Source: Synechococcus sp. (lineage in GTDB: Bacteria; Cyanobacteriota; Cyanobacteriia; PCC-6307; Cyanobiaceae). From it: 64,000 bases of DNA. The position numbers and the translations under genes are program-made. Where the stretch lies: contig JBJBEO010000001.1 of NCBI GenBank assembly GCA_047284725.1, forward strand, positions 640,001-704,000. Reading direction: 5' to 3'. The notes below the pieces were generated by a model. That model worked only from the letters and a program-made list of their open reading frames with translations, was not told where the DNA came from and did not search any database. Positions 8,726 to 18,413 of the stretch are shown here, one piece after another (the stretch's first letter is position 1; every line of letters starts with the position of its first letter).

Positions 8726-9345
8726 CCATGGCTTTTCGTGGCTCCCGTGTTGGCCTGGCTACGGGCTTCACCCTGGTGGAACTGCTCCTGGCGGCTGGGT
8801 TGGGCGCCATATTCTGTGGTGTTTTGCTGCTGCTGCTGCTGGGCGATCTCCGCCTCACTGGCGCCATGGCTCTGCGCCTTCAAGCGAGAAGGCAGCAGCA
8901 GCGCACGCTCACCCTGATGCGGGCGGAAGGAGAGTTGAGCTACGGCATGGTCGCTGACCCGCAGCCATCGGCGGCTTGGCCCTGTGGTCTGGCGGGTCGG
9001 AGGCCAGTCCTGGCGGTTGCGCTCTCTCCCGAGGATCCTGATGCCAGGCAGCACGCCATTGTTTACAGCGTGGGCTCTGCTCCCTCCCCGATCTGGCGCG
9101 GCCAGGTGTTGATGCGGTGCGGGCCGGCCTATGGCTTGGACGGCCGCATGGATTTGACCAGCACATTTCAGAACCGAGTACTGCTGGATGGCTTGCCTGA
9201 GGGCGGAGTTGAGGGCCTTCAGGCGATGCCTCACCCCACGTTGCCGGTGGTCACGATCGAGCTGGCTCAGCAGTTGCCTCGCTCAGCTCGCGCAACCGGT
9301 GGGGGCGTTGGTGCCGTGATTCTGCGCAGTCGGTCCGCGCTCTGA
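8722..9345 (+). CDS. PilW/GspJ-like minor pilin
   Basis: LATG|FTLVELLLAAG prepilin motif; ATGA overlap with the previous gene. Confidence 0.8.
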   Translation: MTMAFRGSRVGLATGFTLVELLLAAGLGAIFCGVLLLLLLGDLRLTGAMALRLQARRQQQRTLTLMRAEGELSYGMVADPQPSAAWPCGLAGRRPVLAVALSPEDPDARQHAIVYSVGSAPSPIWRGQVLMRCGPAYGLDGRMDLTSTFQNRVLLDGLPEGGVEGLQAMPHPTLPVVTIELAQQLPRSARATGGGVGAVILRSRSAL

Positions 9346-9361
9346 GCTGTGTGGTCGCACC

Positions 9362-9712
9362 TCAATGCAGGGGGGAGGAAGCTTGTTCTTCCAGCAGGTA
9401 GTAGGCCTCCACGGAGAGGGCCGCCAGCGCAAGAAAGAGATGGTCGATCCAACCGAAGTCCACCCCCATGCCCTGGTAAGCGATGGTCACATTGACCACC
9501 ACCATCACGATCACAAAAGACATCAGCACGATGGCGGGGAACGTCTTGATGACGCGACGGTCGCGCCAGAGTGACAGCAGCAGCGGCAGCAGCACCAGCA
9601 CAGATACCCCATGCAGGATGCGCATCGAGAGATCACTGTGTGTGTGCGCATTGATTGCTGCCCAGATATTCACTGGGATCAGCAATGACGTGAGCATGAG
9701 GTAGGTAATCAT
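9362..9712 (-). CDS. Hypothetical 4-TM membrane protein
   Basis: 116-aa hydrophobic ORF starting 9 bp downstream of the kinase on the same strand. Confidence 0.7.
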   Translation of the reverse strand: MITYLMLTSLLIPVNIWAAINAHTHSDLSMRILHGVSVLVLLPLLLSLWRDRRVIKTFPAIVLMSFVIVMVVVNVTIAYQGMGVDFGWIDHLFLALAALSVEAYYLLEEQASSPLH

Positions 9713-9721
9713 TCCCAGGGA

Positions 9722-11206
9722 TCAGGTCTCAGTGGTGATATTGACCATGTCCTCCACTGTCGCGAACGGCAGGCGCACTGTGAAGGTGCTGCCCTGATCG
9801 AGCTCACTGCGCACAGTCACTTTGCCTCCCATGGCCTCGACCAGAAGCTCCACAATCGAGAGTCCAAGGCCGCTGCCACTGCTGATGCTCGCGTTGGCGG
9901 CGCGATGGAATCGCTCGAACACTTTGGGCAGGTCATTCTCCGGTATGCCGATTCCCTGGTCTTCCACTTCCACTACCGCTGCGTTGTCATCACGGCGCAG
10001 GCGCACCGTGATCGGACGCCCTTCAGGCGAGTATTTGTGCGCGTTCTCGATCAGGTCGAGCAGCACCTGGCGCAGACGATCCTGGTCTGCCATGGCCACA
10101 AGGCTTGATTCATTCTCGGGTTTGGGGACGTCCACATGGATTTCCCGCTCCAGGCTGCTCCTGGCGAGGTTCACCACCTCATCCACGGCGATGTCGAGGG
10201 CAAGCGGTTTGTTGTTGAGACGCAACTGACCACTATCGCTGCGGGAGAGGTCGAGCAGGTCATCGAGCAGATGGCGCATGCGTACGCTCTCTTCCTCAGC
10301 CGTTGTCAGCCCCCGGCGTTGCGCGTCATTGAGGTTGGTGCCCCGTTTCAGGGTGCGATGCAGATATCCCTGCACGATGGTGAGCGGGGTGCGCAGCTCA
10401 TGGCTGACGGCGCTGACGAACTGGCGTTGATCCGCCCACGATTTGGCCAGGCGGTTTCGCAGGGCGTTGTAGGTGTTGGCTAGCTGGGTGACTTCCAGCG
10501 GGGCTTGTTGAATCTGCAGGGCTGAAGTGTTGAGGGTGTCGGCTGTGAGTTGGGCAGAAGCTTCTGTGAGCTGCCGCAGGGGAAGACTGATCCGCCTCAC
10601 CAGACCATTCACCGTCCAGATCGACAGCACCAGGCAACCGCTCCATACCACCACCATCCAGTTGAGAAACGTGCTTTGGACCTTGTTGATGTGCGTGATG
10701 TCGGCGCTGCTCCACACCCGTTGGCCTGAAGGGTAGATGCGATTGTTGATGGCGATGTAATCCGTGCCCTTCACGTTCAGGGTTTGCGTCACGCCGGCTT
10801 TCCCACCGGCCTTCGTCACGGCTTCGGCCATGCTCACATTGAGGCCTAGATGGGTATTGAACGGCAGCAGCAGTGCTCCATTGGGTTCCTCGATCCAGAA
10901 GGTCTCTCGCCGGGTGGAGTGCCATCGCAGCTCCTGGCGGATGGCCTGTTTGCGCGTGGTTCGCGCTTCAGCGCTTTCATTGGGGCGGATCTCCAGCAAC
11001 CGATCGGCAAGGAGGTGACGTTCGAGCGATTTGGCGTTGGCACGCAATTGCTCTTCAGTCGAGAGGCCCAGCGTGCGTTGGTTCAGCCAGAGGCTGGCAA
11101 CGCTGGCACCGCTGAAGCCAAGAAAGACGGCGATGTAGGTGGCTAGCTGCAGCTGGCCCGTCAGGCTGCAGAGCAGACGTTGGCGCCAGGGGGAGGGAGT
11201 TGCCAT
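9722..11206 (-). CDS. Two-component sensor histidine kinase (periplasmic loop, HAMP, HisKA, HATPase)
   Basis: H-box FVSAVSHELRTP, N-box LIENAHKYS, DQGIGI, GSGLGL, GSTFTV. Confidence 0.93.
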   Translation of the reverse strand: MATPSPWRQRLLCSLTGQLQLATYIAVFLGFSGASVASLWLNQRTLGLSTEEQLRANAKSLERHLLADRLLEIRPNESAEARTTRKQAIRQELRWHSTRRETFWIEEPNGALLLPFNTHLGLNVSMAEAVTKAGGKAGVTQTLNVKGTDYIAINNRIYPSGQRVWSSADITHINKVQSTFLNWMVVVWSGCLVLSIWTVNGLVRRISLPLRQLTEASAQLTADTLNTSALQIQQAPLEVTQLANTYNALRNRLAKSWADQRQFVSAVSHELRTPLTIVQGYLHRTLKRGTNLNDAQRRGLTTAEEESVRMRHLLDDLLDLSRSDSGQLRLNNKPLALDIAVDEVVNLARSSLEREIHVDVPKPENESSLVAMADQDRLRQVLLDLIENAHKYSPEGRPITVRLRRDDNAAVVEVEDQGIGIPENDLPKVFERFHRAANASISSGSGLGLSIVELLVEAMGGKVTVRSELDQGSTFTVRLPFATVEDMVNITTET

Positions 11207-11297
11207 GCCTTCATCTTCATCGCCTCCGCAAGGTTCTGCAGCAAGAATGCGACCAGCACGCACACATCAAAGACCAGTGAGCTTTGGTTTTTCGTCC

Positions 11298-12146
11298 TTG
11301 GGGCTGTCGTATTCGAGTCTTTCCGCCCGGATGGCGCGCTGGGGACTGGTGATCGTTGCGCTCTACGCTCTCATCGCGGTGGTGACTCCGCTGCTGGTAT
11401 CGGCTGGTCTGCTGCCCGATCCCAACTCTGGTCTCGACAATCCCATCTATGCCGCACCGTCCTGGGGCCATTGGTGCGGAACCGATCGCCTCGGTCGCGA
11501 TGTGTGTGTGCGCACCCTGCAGGGGAGTGGAGTGGCTCTTCAGGTGGTGTTGCTGGCCGTCGCCCTGGCCCTGGTGGTGGGCGTCCCCCTGGGCATGGTG
11601 AGTGGCTATCTGGGCGGTGTTGTCGACCGGGTGCTGGTGTTGCTGATGGACACGCTCTACACCCTGCCGGTTCTGTTGCTGTCTGTGGTGCTGGCGTTTC
11701 TGCTGGGGCGAGGCATCCCCAATGCCGCCGCCGCCCTTTGCGTTGTGTACGTGCCCCAGTACTTCCGGGTGGTGCGGAACCAAACCGCTCAGGTGAAGGC
11801 GGAGTTGTTTGTGGAAGCGGCCCGTTCCCTGGGGGCAGGCCCTGTCTGGATCCTGCGCCGGTATCTGCTGCGCAATGTGATCACGTCGGTGCCCGTGCTG
11901 GTCACTCTCAACTCGGCCGATGCGGTGTTGGTCTTGGGGGGGCTCGGTTTCCTTGGACTGGGCTTGCCGGAAACGGTGCCTGAGTGGGGAAGTGACCTCA
12001 ACCTGGCCCTGGCTGCGGTGCCAACAGGAATCTGGTGGACGGCTCTGTTCCCAGGCTTGGCGATGTTTGTGCTGGTGTTGGGTCTTTCCTTTCTGGGAGA
12101 GGGATTGGACGCCTGGGTGAGCGGATCTGAAGCGGGGCATCGATGA
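11298..12146 (+). CDS. dppC: Peptide ABC transporter permease (DppC/OppC family)
   Basis: HWCGTDRLGRD, EAA loop FVEAARSLGA, GLGFLGLG, PEWG; start TTG 11298 or ATG 11331. Confidence 0.9.
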   Translation: MGLSYSSLSARMARWGLVIVALYALIAVVTPLLVSAGLLPDPNSGLDNPIYAAPSWGHWCGTDRLGRDVCVRTLQGSGVALQVVLLAVALALVVGVPLGMVSGYLGGVVDRVLVLLMDTLYTLPVLLLSVVLAFLLGRGIPNAAAALCVVYVPQYFRVVRNQTAQVKAELFVEAARSLGAGPVWILRRYLLRNVITSVPVLVTLNSADAVLVLGGLGFLGLGLPETVPEWGSDLNLALAAVPTGIWWTALFPGLAMFVLVLGLSFLGEGLDAWVSGSEAGHR

Positions 12147-12252
12147 TCAGAAGCCTGGCCCTTGTGCTGGATCGAGCCCGCACCGATTCATTGTGTTGGT
12201 GCGTTGCGTGGGCCCTAGCGGCGCCACAATGAAGACTGCTTGTTCTGTCGTG

Positions 12253-12513
12253 ATGCCCTGGTGGACCACTCTGGTGTTGCTGGCTTTGGGCACCTACCTC
12301 TGGCTTGCCGGTCGTGCCAATCCAGATGATGTGATTGGTCTTCTCGAGCAGATGTTGGCCATTGTTCTGGGCCTGGTTGTGCTGTTTGTCGGCCGGAGCA
12401 TGGTCTTGGAATCACTGGTGCTGTTGGTGGCCTTGCGTTTGCCTGCTGCCCGCCGCAATCATCCTGTGATGCAGCGATCGAAAGCGGGCAGCGATGTGTT
12501 GATGCCTTTCTGA
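12253..12513 (+). CDS. Small hypothetical membrane protein
   Basis: Hydrophobic ORF MPWWTTLVLLALG...NPDDVIGLLE; start uncertain (12229 possible). Confidence 0.6.
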   Translation: MPWWTTLVLLALGTYLWLAGRANPDDVIGLLEQMLAIVLGLVVLFVGRSMVLESLVLLVALRLPAARRNHPVMQRSKAGSDVLMPF

Positions 12514-12535
12514 ATCTGGGCCTGCTCAAGCAGGT

Positions 12536-13099
12536 TTAGAGCCATGAGAATTTGGCCCAGTGTTTACAGATCTTGAACTCCAGCTTGCCGTTGATGGATT
12601 GATCATTCCTGGGCAGCCTGACCCCTGGTGGCTTGAGGCCGAGATATTCTTTGATCTCGGCAATTGTGCGTACTTTGAATTTAGGGTTGATGCAATTGAA
12701 GCTCTGTTTTGGGGATTTGCCTGATGTGGGATCTTCGGGATTTGGGTCGATCTGGTAAGTGATTGTGAGAATGTTTTTCTCGGCTTCAATCCGTTCTGCA
12801 AATTCCATGCTTTCCTTGAGAGCTTGTTCTTCTGCAATGCCGAGAACGCGGCTGTATTGATAGGAGCAAAAGTTGTCATCAAAGTGCTTGCGGCACAGAT
12901 CTTTTTCCCGTCTGCTTGTGAAGTTGCGCAGGGTTTCAATCGCGTAGGGTGTGATCGAGGTGGTTTCTTTTTCTACTTTGTATTGAGTGCCGTATTCGCT
13001 TCTGACGGACAGCGTATCCTTTCCGCTGCAAGACGTCGTGGCTAGGAGCATTGCGACGGAGAGGGCGCGGTGCAATGGTGTTGGCCGATTGCAGCGCAT
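12536..13099 (-). CDS. Hypothetical lipoprotein
   Basis: Signal peptide ending ...MLLATTSC with a lipobox-like Cys; body visibly lower in GC than the flanks. Confidence 0.65.
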   Translation of the reverse strand: MRCNRPTPLHRALSVAMLLATTSCSGKDTLSVRSEYGTQYKVEKETTSITPYAIETLRNFTSRREKDLCRKHFDDNFCSYQYSRVLGIAEEQALKESMEFAERIEAEKNILTITYQIDPNPEDPTSGKSPKQSFNCINPKFKVRTIAEIKEYLGLKPPGVRLPRNDQSINGKLEFKICKHWAKFSWL

Positions 13100-13430
13100 T
13101 GGCGGAGCGTCCTCCCGTCGATGCAGCGGGCCGGTAAAGGTTGAGGAGCCCTGCTGATGGTGAATGCCCTTGATTCTACCTTTGGTCGGCGTAAAGGTCT
13201 AGGCAATATGGCCTTTGATTGGGTTGAGGATTGTTTGTGATAGGAGATTGGTGGGATCAATGAGAATCGTTATTTGGCTCGAAGATGTCCTTCGGTTTGA
13301 CTGGGCGTCCAGGTTTTGTTGCTGCTGTTTCTCTGATTGATGAAAATTACGTCTGGGTTTTGTTTGTCATATGCAATTTTTCTGAGTTGTGGAGCTTGAT
13401 TTGGAATCTTCCTCAAGTGACTTTTCTTGA

Positions 13431-14120
13431 TCAATGTCGCAATCTCTGTGTGCGCGGCAAGAGTTCGAGGATTTCCCCTTCCTCGCTCAGGGATGGATAG
13501 GGCCGTTGCTCCCGCCGGCACCAGTCGGCGACGTCAGGATAAGCCCATTCAAACAGCCGTTGTCTGTAGAGGTCTTCCGGGAGTCCTTCCCCTGCCGTGG
13601 GTAATTGTCCAGCAGCCCTGCGTTGGCGCACTGCCTCAAACAGCAGGGTGGCGGCTGCAACCGACACATTCAGCGATTGCACCATGCCGGCCATTGGGAT
13701 GTAGACCGCCTCATCCATCAGATCCCTTGCGGCGTCGCTCAGTCCCCATTTCTCAGCACCGAGCACAAAGGCGGTGGGTTGGGTGAAGTCGCAGTCGCGG
13801 TAATCGCAGGCAGTCACGCCAAGATGGGTTCCGTAGAGCCTGAACCCTCGTGCTTTGAGGCTGCGCACCGCCTCTTCACTGCTGGGATGATCAATCAGAG
13901 GCACCCACTTCTGGCTGCCCTGGGCCGTGCTGTTGAAGGTGCGAGGCCGCCCCTTCATGCTCACGGCATGGGCCTCCAGGGCTCCAACGGCATCACAGCT
14001 GCGCAGGATCGCGGACAGGTTGTGAGGTTTCTCGACGTGTTCGAGCAGGACGGTGAGATCGGCCATGCGGCCATTGAGAACGGCCTTGAGGCGTTCAAAC
14101 CGGCGTGCGAGCAGGGGCAT
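13431..14120 (-). CDS. trmH: tRNA (guanosine-18 2'-O)-methyltransferase
   Basis: SPOUT motifs KPHNLSAILRSCDA, GAEKWG, IPMAGMVQSLNVSVA. Confidence 0.92.
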   Translation of the reverse strand: MPLLARRFERLKAVLNGRMADLTVLLEHVEKPHNLSAILRSCDAVGALEAHAVSMKGRPRTFNSTAQGSQKWVPLIDHPSSEEAVRSLKARGFRLYGTHLGVTACDYRDCDFTQPTAFVLGAEKWGLSDAARDLMDEAVYIPMAGMVQSLNVSVAAATLLFEAVRQRRAAGQLPTAGEGLPEDLYRQRLFEWAYPDVADWCRREQRPYPSLSEEGEILELLPRTQRLRH

Positions 14121-14339
14121 GACTCAGGATTGCATGCAGCTTGAGTCTCATCAGGTCAACGCGGCGGTGGATTGCGGTGTTCAGCAGCCCACCATGCAAA
14201 GAATCACCCACCAGATCGCGTCCTGTTCGCCGCGCCACGCTTTAACCCTGAAGGTCAGTTGGAGGAAACTCCCGCCGATCAAGGGCTGTGCCGTTTGGAT
14301 GCAAGCAGAGCTTCGGCAGGAGTGCAGCAGACATTGGCT

Positions 14340-14642
14340 TCAGCGGGCGGCGGAGCGCTTGCGCACGGCACGGGGAGCATTGCGGGAGGCATCGCCTTCC
14401 GGTGCCGACCCTGTTGTTTCTGAATCCTTGCTGTCACCGGTGGGTTCATCGTCGGGCTCCTGGTCCGCAATGATTCCAAGAATCATGCCGGCCTGCAGCT
14501 GGTCTTGGAGGTCGCCGATGGTCATCAGTGCTTTAAGCACCAGCTGAGAGCGCACGATCTTGGGTAGACCAGGGCGGAGCTTCTTGGTGCTGTTCCACAG
14601 CTCTTGAGCGACCTCTTTGATCAGCTCCTTGTCAGCCGTCAT
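14340..14642 (-). CDS. Hypothetical protein
   Basis: MTADKELIKEVAQELWNSTKKLRPGLP; protein-like composition and host-like codon use. Confidence 0.7.
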   Translation of the reverse strand: MTADKELIKEVAQELWNSTKKLRPGLPKIVRSQLVLKALMTIGDLQDQLQAGMILGIIADQEPDDEPTGDSKDSETTGSAPEGDASRNAPRAVRKRSAAR

Positions 14643-14694
14643 TGCCTTCTGTCTAAGTCCAAGCACCCCAGCATCCCACCACGCCGTCCCCCCT

Positions 14695-15093
14695 ATGGCC
14701 GTTCCACCAAAGCACCACGATCGCGGCAGCTTTGATCAGCGGGTGTGCGACGTGGTGGCGCTCATCCCCATAGGTCGCCTGGCCACCTATGGCCAGGTGG
14801 CTGATTGGATCGGAGCCTATGGCTGTGCTCGTCAGGTGGGTTGGGCGTTGAGGCGTCTACCACTGCCCTCGCCCCTCCCCTGGCACCGCGTTGTGAATGC
14901 CAGGGGTTCCATTGCGATGAGCCTGAGCCGTGAAGGGTCCGACTGGATTCAGCGGGATTTGCTCATTGCCGAAGGCATTCCTGTGGATTGCAATGGGGGC
15001 CTCTCCCTGCATCCATTCCTTTGGCGTCCACTCCAACCTCCTGGGCAGGCCACACCGGAGGATGTGAGGGTGATGCCATCGGCCCGTGAGTGA
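14695..15093 (+). CDS. MGMT-family alkyltransferase-like (ATL) protein
   Basis: IPIGRLATYGQVA, ARQVGWAL, PWHRVVN (Trp in place of the catalytic Cys). Confidence 0.85.
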   Translation: MAVPPKHHDRGSFDQRVCDVVALIPIGRLATYGQVADWIGAYGCARQVGWALRRLPLPSPLPWHRVVNARGSIAMSLSREGSDWIQRDLLIAEGIPVDCNGGLSLHPFLWRPLQPPGQATPEDVRVMPSARE

Positions 15094-16447
15094 TTCATCC
15101 CCTCGCAGCGACGCGCCGGCTGTTGGTCTGGCACCGCGGCGGCTGGCATGGGAGGTGCTGGAAGCCGTGGCTGCAGGTGCCTATGCCGATGTGGCGCTGG
15201 AACGAGCGCTGCGGGGGAAGACCCTCTCGGCGCTTGATCGTGGCTTGTTGACGGAACTCGCCTATGGCGCCATTCGCCGACGGCGTTGGTTGGATGCCTG
15301 GCTGGATCATCTGGGTCGCATGCCTGCCCGTAAACAGCCGCCTCGCCTGCGTTGGCTGCTCCATGTGGGCCTTTATCAGGTGTTTTGGATGCAGCGGATC
15401 CCCGATGCCGCTGCTGTGAATACGTGTGTGGAGCTGGCCAAGCGCCATCGCCTGGTCCGGCTGGCGCCTGTGGTGAATGGTCTGTTGCGGGCTGCCCTGA
15501 GGGCCAGGGATGCGGGAGACACCTTGCCATTGCCGGACGACCCAGCACTGCGGTTGGCGCAGCAGCAGTCGTTGCCCGATTGGTTTTGCCAGGCTTTGCG
15601 TCAGTGGTGCACGCCTGGGCAGGCGGAACGGGTCGCCTTTGCCTGCAATCAGGTCCCACCTCTTGATCTACGCGTGAATCGGTTGCGCAGCTCGGTGGCG
15701 GAGGTGCAACAGGATCTCGAGAAGTCTGGCCTGAAGGTGGTGCCGATCGCTGGATGTCCGGATGGGCTGCAGGTATTGGATAGTGGCGGTGATCTGCGCC
15801 AGTGGCCGGGCTATGAGCAGGGCCACTGGTGTGTTCAGGACCGTGCCGCCCAGTGGGTTGCACCGCTCGTGGCGCCTCGCCCCGGTGATCGGGTGCTGGA
15901 TGCCTGTGCGGCTCCAGGTGGCAAAGCCACCCATCTGGCTGAATTGATGGGCGATCAGGGGGAGGTCTGGGCAGTGGATCGCTCCGCCGGTCGCCTGCAG
16001 CGGGTCGCCGCCAATGCCGCCAGGCTCGGCACCGATTGCCTGCAGGCGATGGTTGCTGATGCAACGAAGCTTCTGGCGCAACAGCCGCGCTGGCGTGGCT
16101 TTTTTCAGCGCATCCTGCTCGATGCTCCCTGCTCAGGCCTCGGCACCCTGGCCCGCCATGCTGATGCTCGTTGGCGGGTGTCGACCACCACGGTGGAGGA
16201 CCTGTTGCCGCTCCAGGCCCGGTTGCTGGAGGCGATGCTGCCGCTGCTGGCCCCCGGCGGTCGGTTGGTTTACGCCACCTGCACGATTCATCCCGCAGAA
16301 AACAGTGATCAGGTTGCTCTGTTTCTCAGATCGCACCCCAGCCTGCAACTGCTTCAGCAGGAGCAACGCTGGCCTGACCCGGAGGGGGGCGATGGGTTTT
16401 ATGCCGCTGTGATGGACTTGCCGACTACTGCACCGGAAGCGGTCTGA
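15086..16447 (+). CDS. rsmB: 16S rRNA m5C967 methyltransferase
   Basis: NusB-like N-terminus, VLDACAAPGGK, ILLDAPCSG, YATCT. Confidence 0.95.
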   Translation: MSDSSPRSDAPAVGLAPRRLAWEVLEAVAAGAYADVALERALRGKTLSALDRGLLTELAYGAIRRRRWLDAWLDHLGRMPARKQPPRLRWLLHVGLYQVFWMQRIPDAAAVNTCVELAKRHRLVRLAPVVNGLLRAALRARDAGDTLPLPDDPALRLAQQQSLPDWFCQALRQWCTPGQAERVAFACNQVPPLDLRVNRLRSSVAEVQQDLEKSGLKVVPIAGCPDGLQVLDSGGDLRQWPGYEQGHWCVQDRAAQWVAPLVAPRPGDRVLDACAAPGGKATHLAELMGDQGEVWAVDRSAGRLQRVAANAARLGTDCLQAMVADATKLLAQQPRWRGFFQRILLDAPCSGLGTLARHADARWRVSTTTVEDLLPLQARLLEAMLPLLAPGGRLVYATCTIHPAENSDQVALFLRSHPSLQLLQQEQRWPDPEGGDGFYAAVMDLPTTAPEAV

Positions 16448-18413
16448 AAAATTCGTCGACCGGAGGTCCACCGGGTGGAACCACGTTGCGTTTGGGCGCA
16501 GCCACGTCCGGTTTGGCGGGTTTGCTGGTGTCCCAGCTGGTATCGGGTTGGCTGCGGTCGGTGCGGTTGGTGGTGCCGCGGGGGGCCTTAAAGACCCGCG
16601 TCAGCACCGGTTGCGGCGGAAATGTCTGAACCGGGAAGTTGCCCTTGATGGTGCTCATGAACTGTTTCCAGGCCCAGGCTGCTTCGCTGCTGCTGCTACC
16701 GGTTTCAGCGTTGTTGTCGTACCCGAACCAAACAGCGGTGGTGAGCTGAGGGATCGAGCCGATGAACCAGAGGTCGCGCGCACCTTCTGAAGTGCCGGTT
16801 TTGCCTGCAACAGGTCGATCATTCAGTTTCGCAGCAGCGCCGGTTCCGCCGCTGACAACCCGTTGAAGCATCCAGTTCATGGTGTCGGCGACATCGCTGT
16901 CGACCGCTCTTGTCCCCCGGGCACCATCGCGACGGCGACTCCAGATCAGCTCTCCTCCAGGGCCGCGAATGTCTTCAAAGGCGGTGGGTTTCACGTACAC
17001 ACCACGATTGGTGACAGCGGCGTAAGCCGAGGCCATGTCGAGGATGGTTTGCTCGTAAGCCCCGATGGCCATCGGGTAGTACTTGCCCAGGGGGCGGGTC
17101 GTGCCGATGCCCAAGTTGTTGGCCATCGTGATGATGGCATCAAAGCCCACCTTGTCCTGCAGCTGAACGGCAACGGTGTTCAGGGAGTTCTTCAGCGCAT
17201 CAGCCAGGCTGATGCTGCCGAAGTATTTGTTGCCGAAGTTCTTGGGACAGTATCCACTCCAGCAGCGGGGTGAGTCGACGAAGAGGTCGCTGGGTTTCAC
17301 GCCGGCGTTGACGGCTGCGGCGTAGGGGAAGAGCTTGAAGGTGGAGCCTGGGGAGCGCAGAGCCTGGGTGGCGCGGTTGAACTGACTGGCCTGGAAGTTC
17401 TTGCCACCCACCATCACCCGAACCAGGCCCGTGCCCGGTTCAATCGACACGATGGACCCCTCGGTGTTCCCAGGAGCAAAGTCCCTCACAACTTTCTGAG
17501 CATGCTTTTGCCATTTGAGATTGAGGCTGGTACGGATCTTCAGTCCGCCCACTTCCAGTTGCTCAGGGGTCAGCATCTGAGGTAGCTGCTGCGCCACCCA
17601 GCTGGTGAAGTAAGGCGCAGCGCTGTTGAAGTATTTCGGGGTGGCCGGCTTGAGATTGAGCGGGCTGTTGCGGGCTGCATCGGCTTCGCTGGAACTGATG
17701 AAACCTGCCTGCTGCATCCGTTCCAGCACGATCGAACGGCGCTCAAGTGCCACGGTTTCATCCACCAACGGTGAATACACCGACGGTGCGGGAGGCAGAC
17801 CTGCAATCAGCGCTGCCTCCGGCAGGGTGAGCTGATCCGGCGTTTTTGAGAAGTACACCCATGCGGCATCAGAAACCCCATAGGCCCCAGAGCCGAGATA
17901 CACGTAGTTGAGGTATTGCTCGAGGATCTGTTCCTTGCTCAGCTGCCGTTCGAGCTTGTAGGCGAGAGCCGCTTCTCGCAGTTTGCGAGTAAGGGTGCGG
18001 TCCTGGCTGAGAAATACCGTTCTCGCCAGCTGCTGTGTGATCGTGCTGGCCCCTTCACGCACCGACCGTTGCTTCAGATTGGTGAAGAGGGCGCGACTGA
18101 TGCCCCAGAGGTCCACACCATCGTGCTCGTAAAAGCGGCGATCTTCCGCTGCAACAAAGGCTTCCTTCACCAGGGGTGGCATCTTGCCGGGGCTGACCTT
18201 TTCTCGCGTGGCAGGCCCCAGTTTCTGGATCACCTGGCCATCGCTGGAGAGCAGTGTGATCGTGCCTGGTCGGTTGAAGCTCGCGACCCCCCGAGCATCA
18301 GGCAAGGTTGCATCGATGGCCTCGACCAGTGCACCCTGGCCGAGCGCGACGCCGCAGCCAACGGCTGCGGCGGACCCAGCCAGAAGGAACCAATGAAGGC
18401 GAGTGCGTTTCAC
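16425..18413 (-). CDS. Class A penicillin-binding protein (PBP1A family)
   Basis: Glycosyltransferase motifs AEDRRFYEH, GASTITQQL; transpeptidase motifs STFK, SLN, KTG. Confidence 0.95.
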   Translation of the reverse strand: MKRTRLHWFLLAGSAAAVGCGVALGQGALVEAIDATLPDARGVASFNRPGTITLLSSDGQVIQKLGPATREKVSPGKMPPLVKEAFVAAEDRRFYEHDGVDLWGISRALFTNLKQRSVREGASTITQQLARTVFLSQDRTLTRKLREAALAYKLERQLSKEQILEQYLNYVYLGSGAYGVSDAAWVYFSKTPDQLTLPEAALIAGLPPAPSVYSPLVDETVALERRSIVLERMQQAGFISSSEADAARNSPLNLKPATPKYFNSAAPYFTSWVAQQLPQMLTPEQLEVGGLKIRTSLNLKWQKHAQKVVRDFAPGNTEGSIVSIEPGTGLVRVMVGGKNFQASQFNRATQALRSPGSTFKLFPYAAAVNAGVKPSDLFVDSPRCWSGYCPKNFGNKYFGSISLADALKNSLNTVAVQLQDKVGFDAIITMANNLGIGTTRPLGKYYPMAIGAYEQTILDMASAYAAVTNRGVYVKPTAFEDIRGPGGELIWSRRRDGARGTRAVDSDVADTMNWMLQRVVSGGTGAAAKLNDRPVAGKTGTSEGARDLWFIGSIPQLTTAVWFGYDNNAETGSSSSEAAWAWKQFMSTIKGNFPVQTFPPQPVLTRVFKAPRGTTNRTDRSQPDTSWDTSKPAKPDVAAPKRNVVPPGGPPVDEFFRPLPVQ

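Noticed and set aside
14121..14339. Hairpin GACTCA...TGAGTC beside the trmH start and short ORFs in the gap
   Set aside because: The stem is short and imperfect and the ORFs overlap neighbours without motifs; insufficient support.
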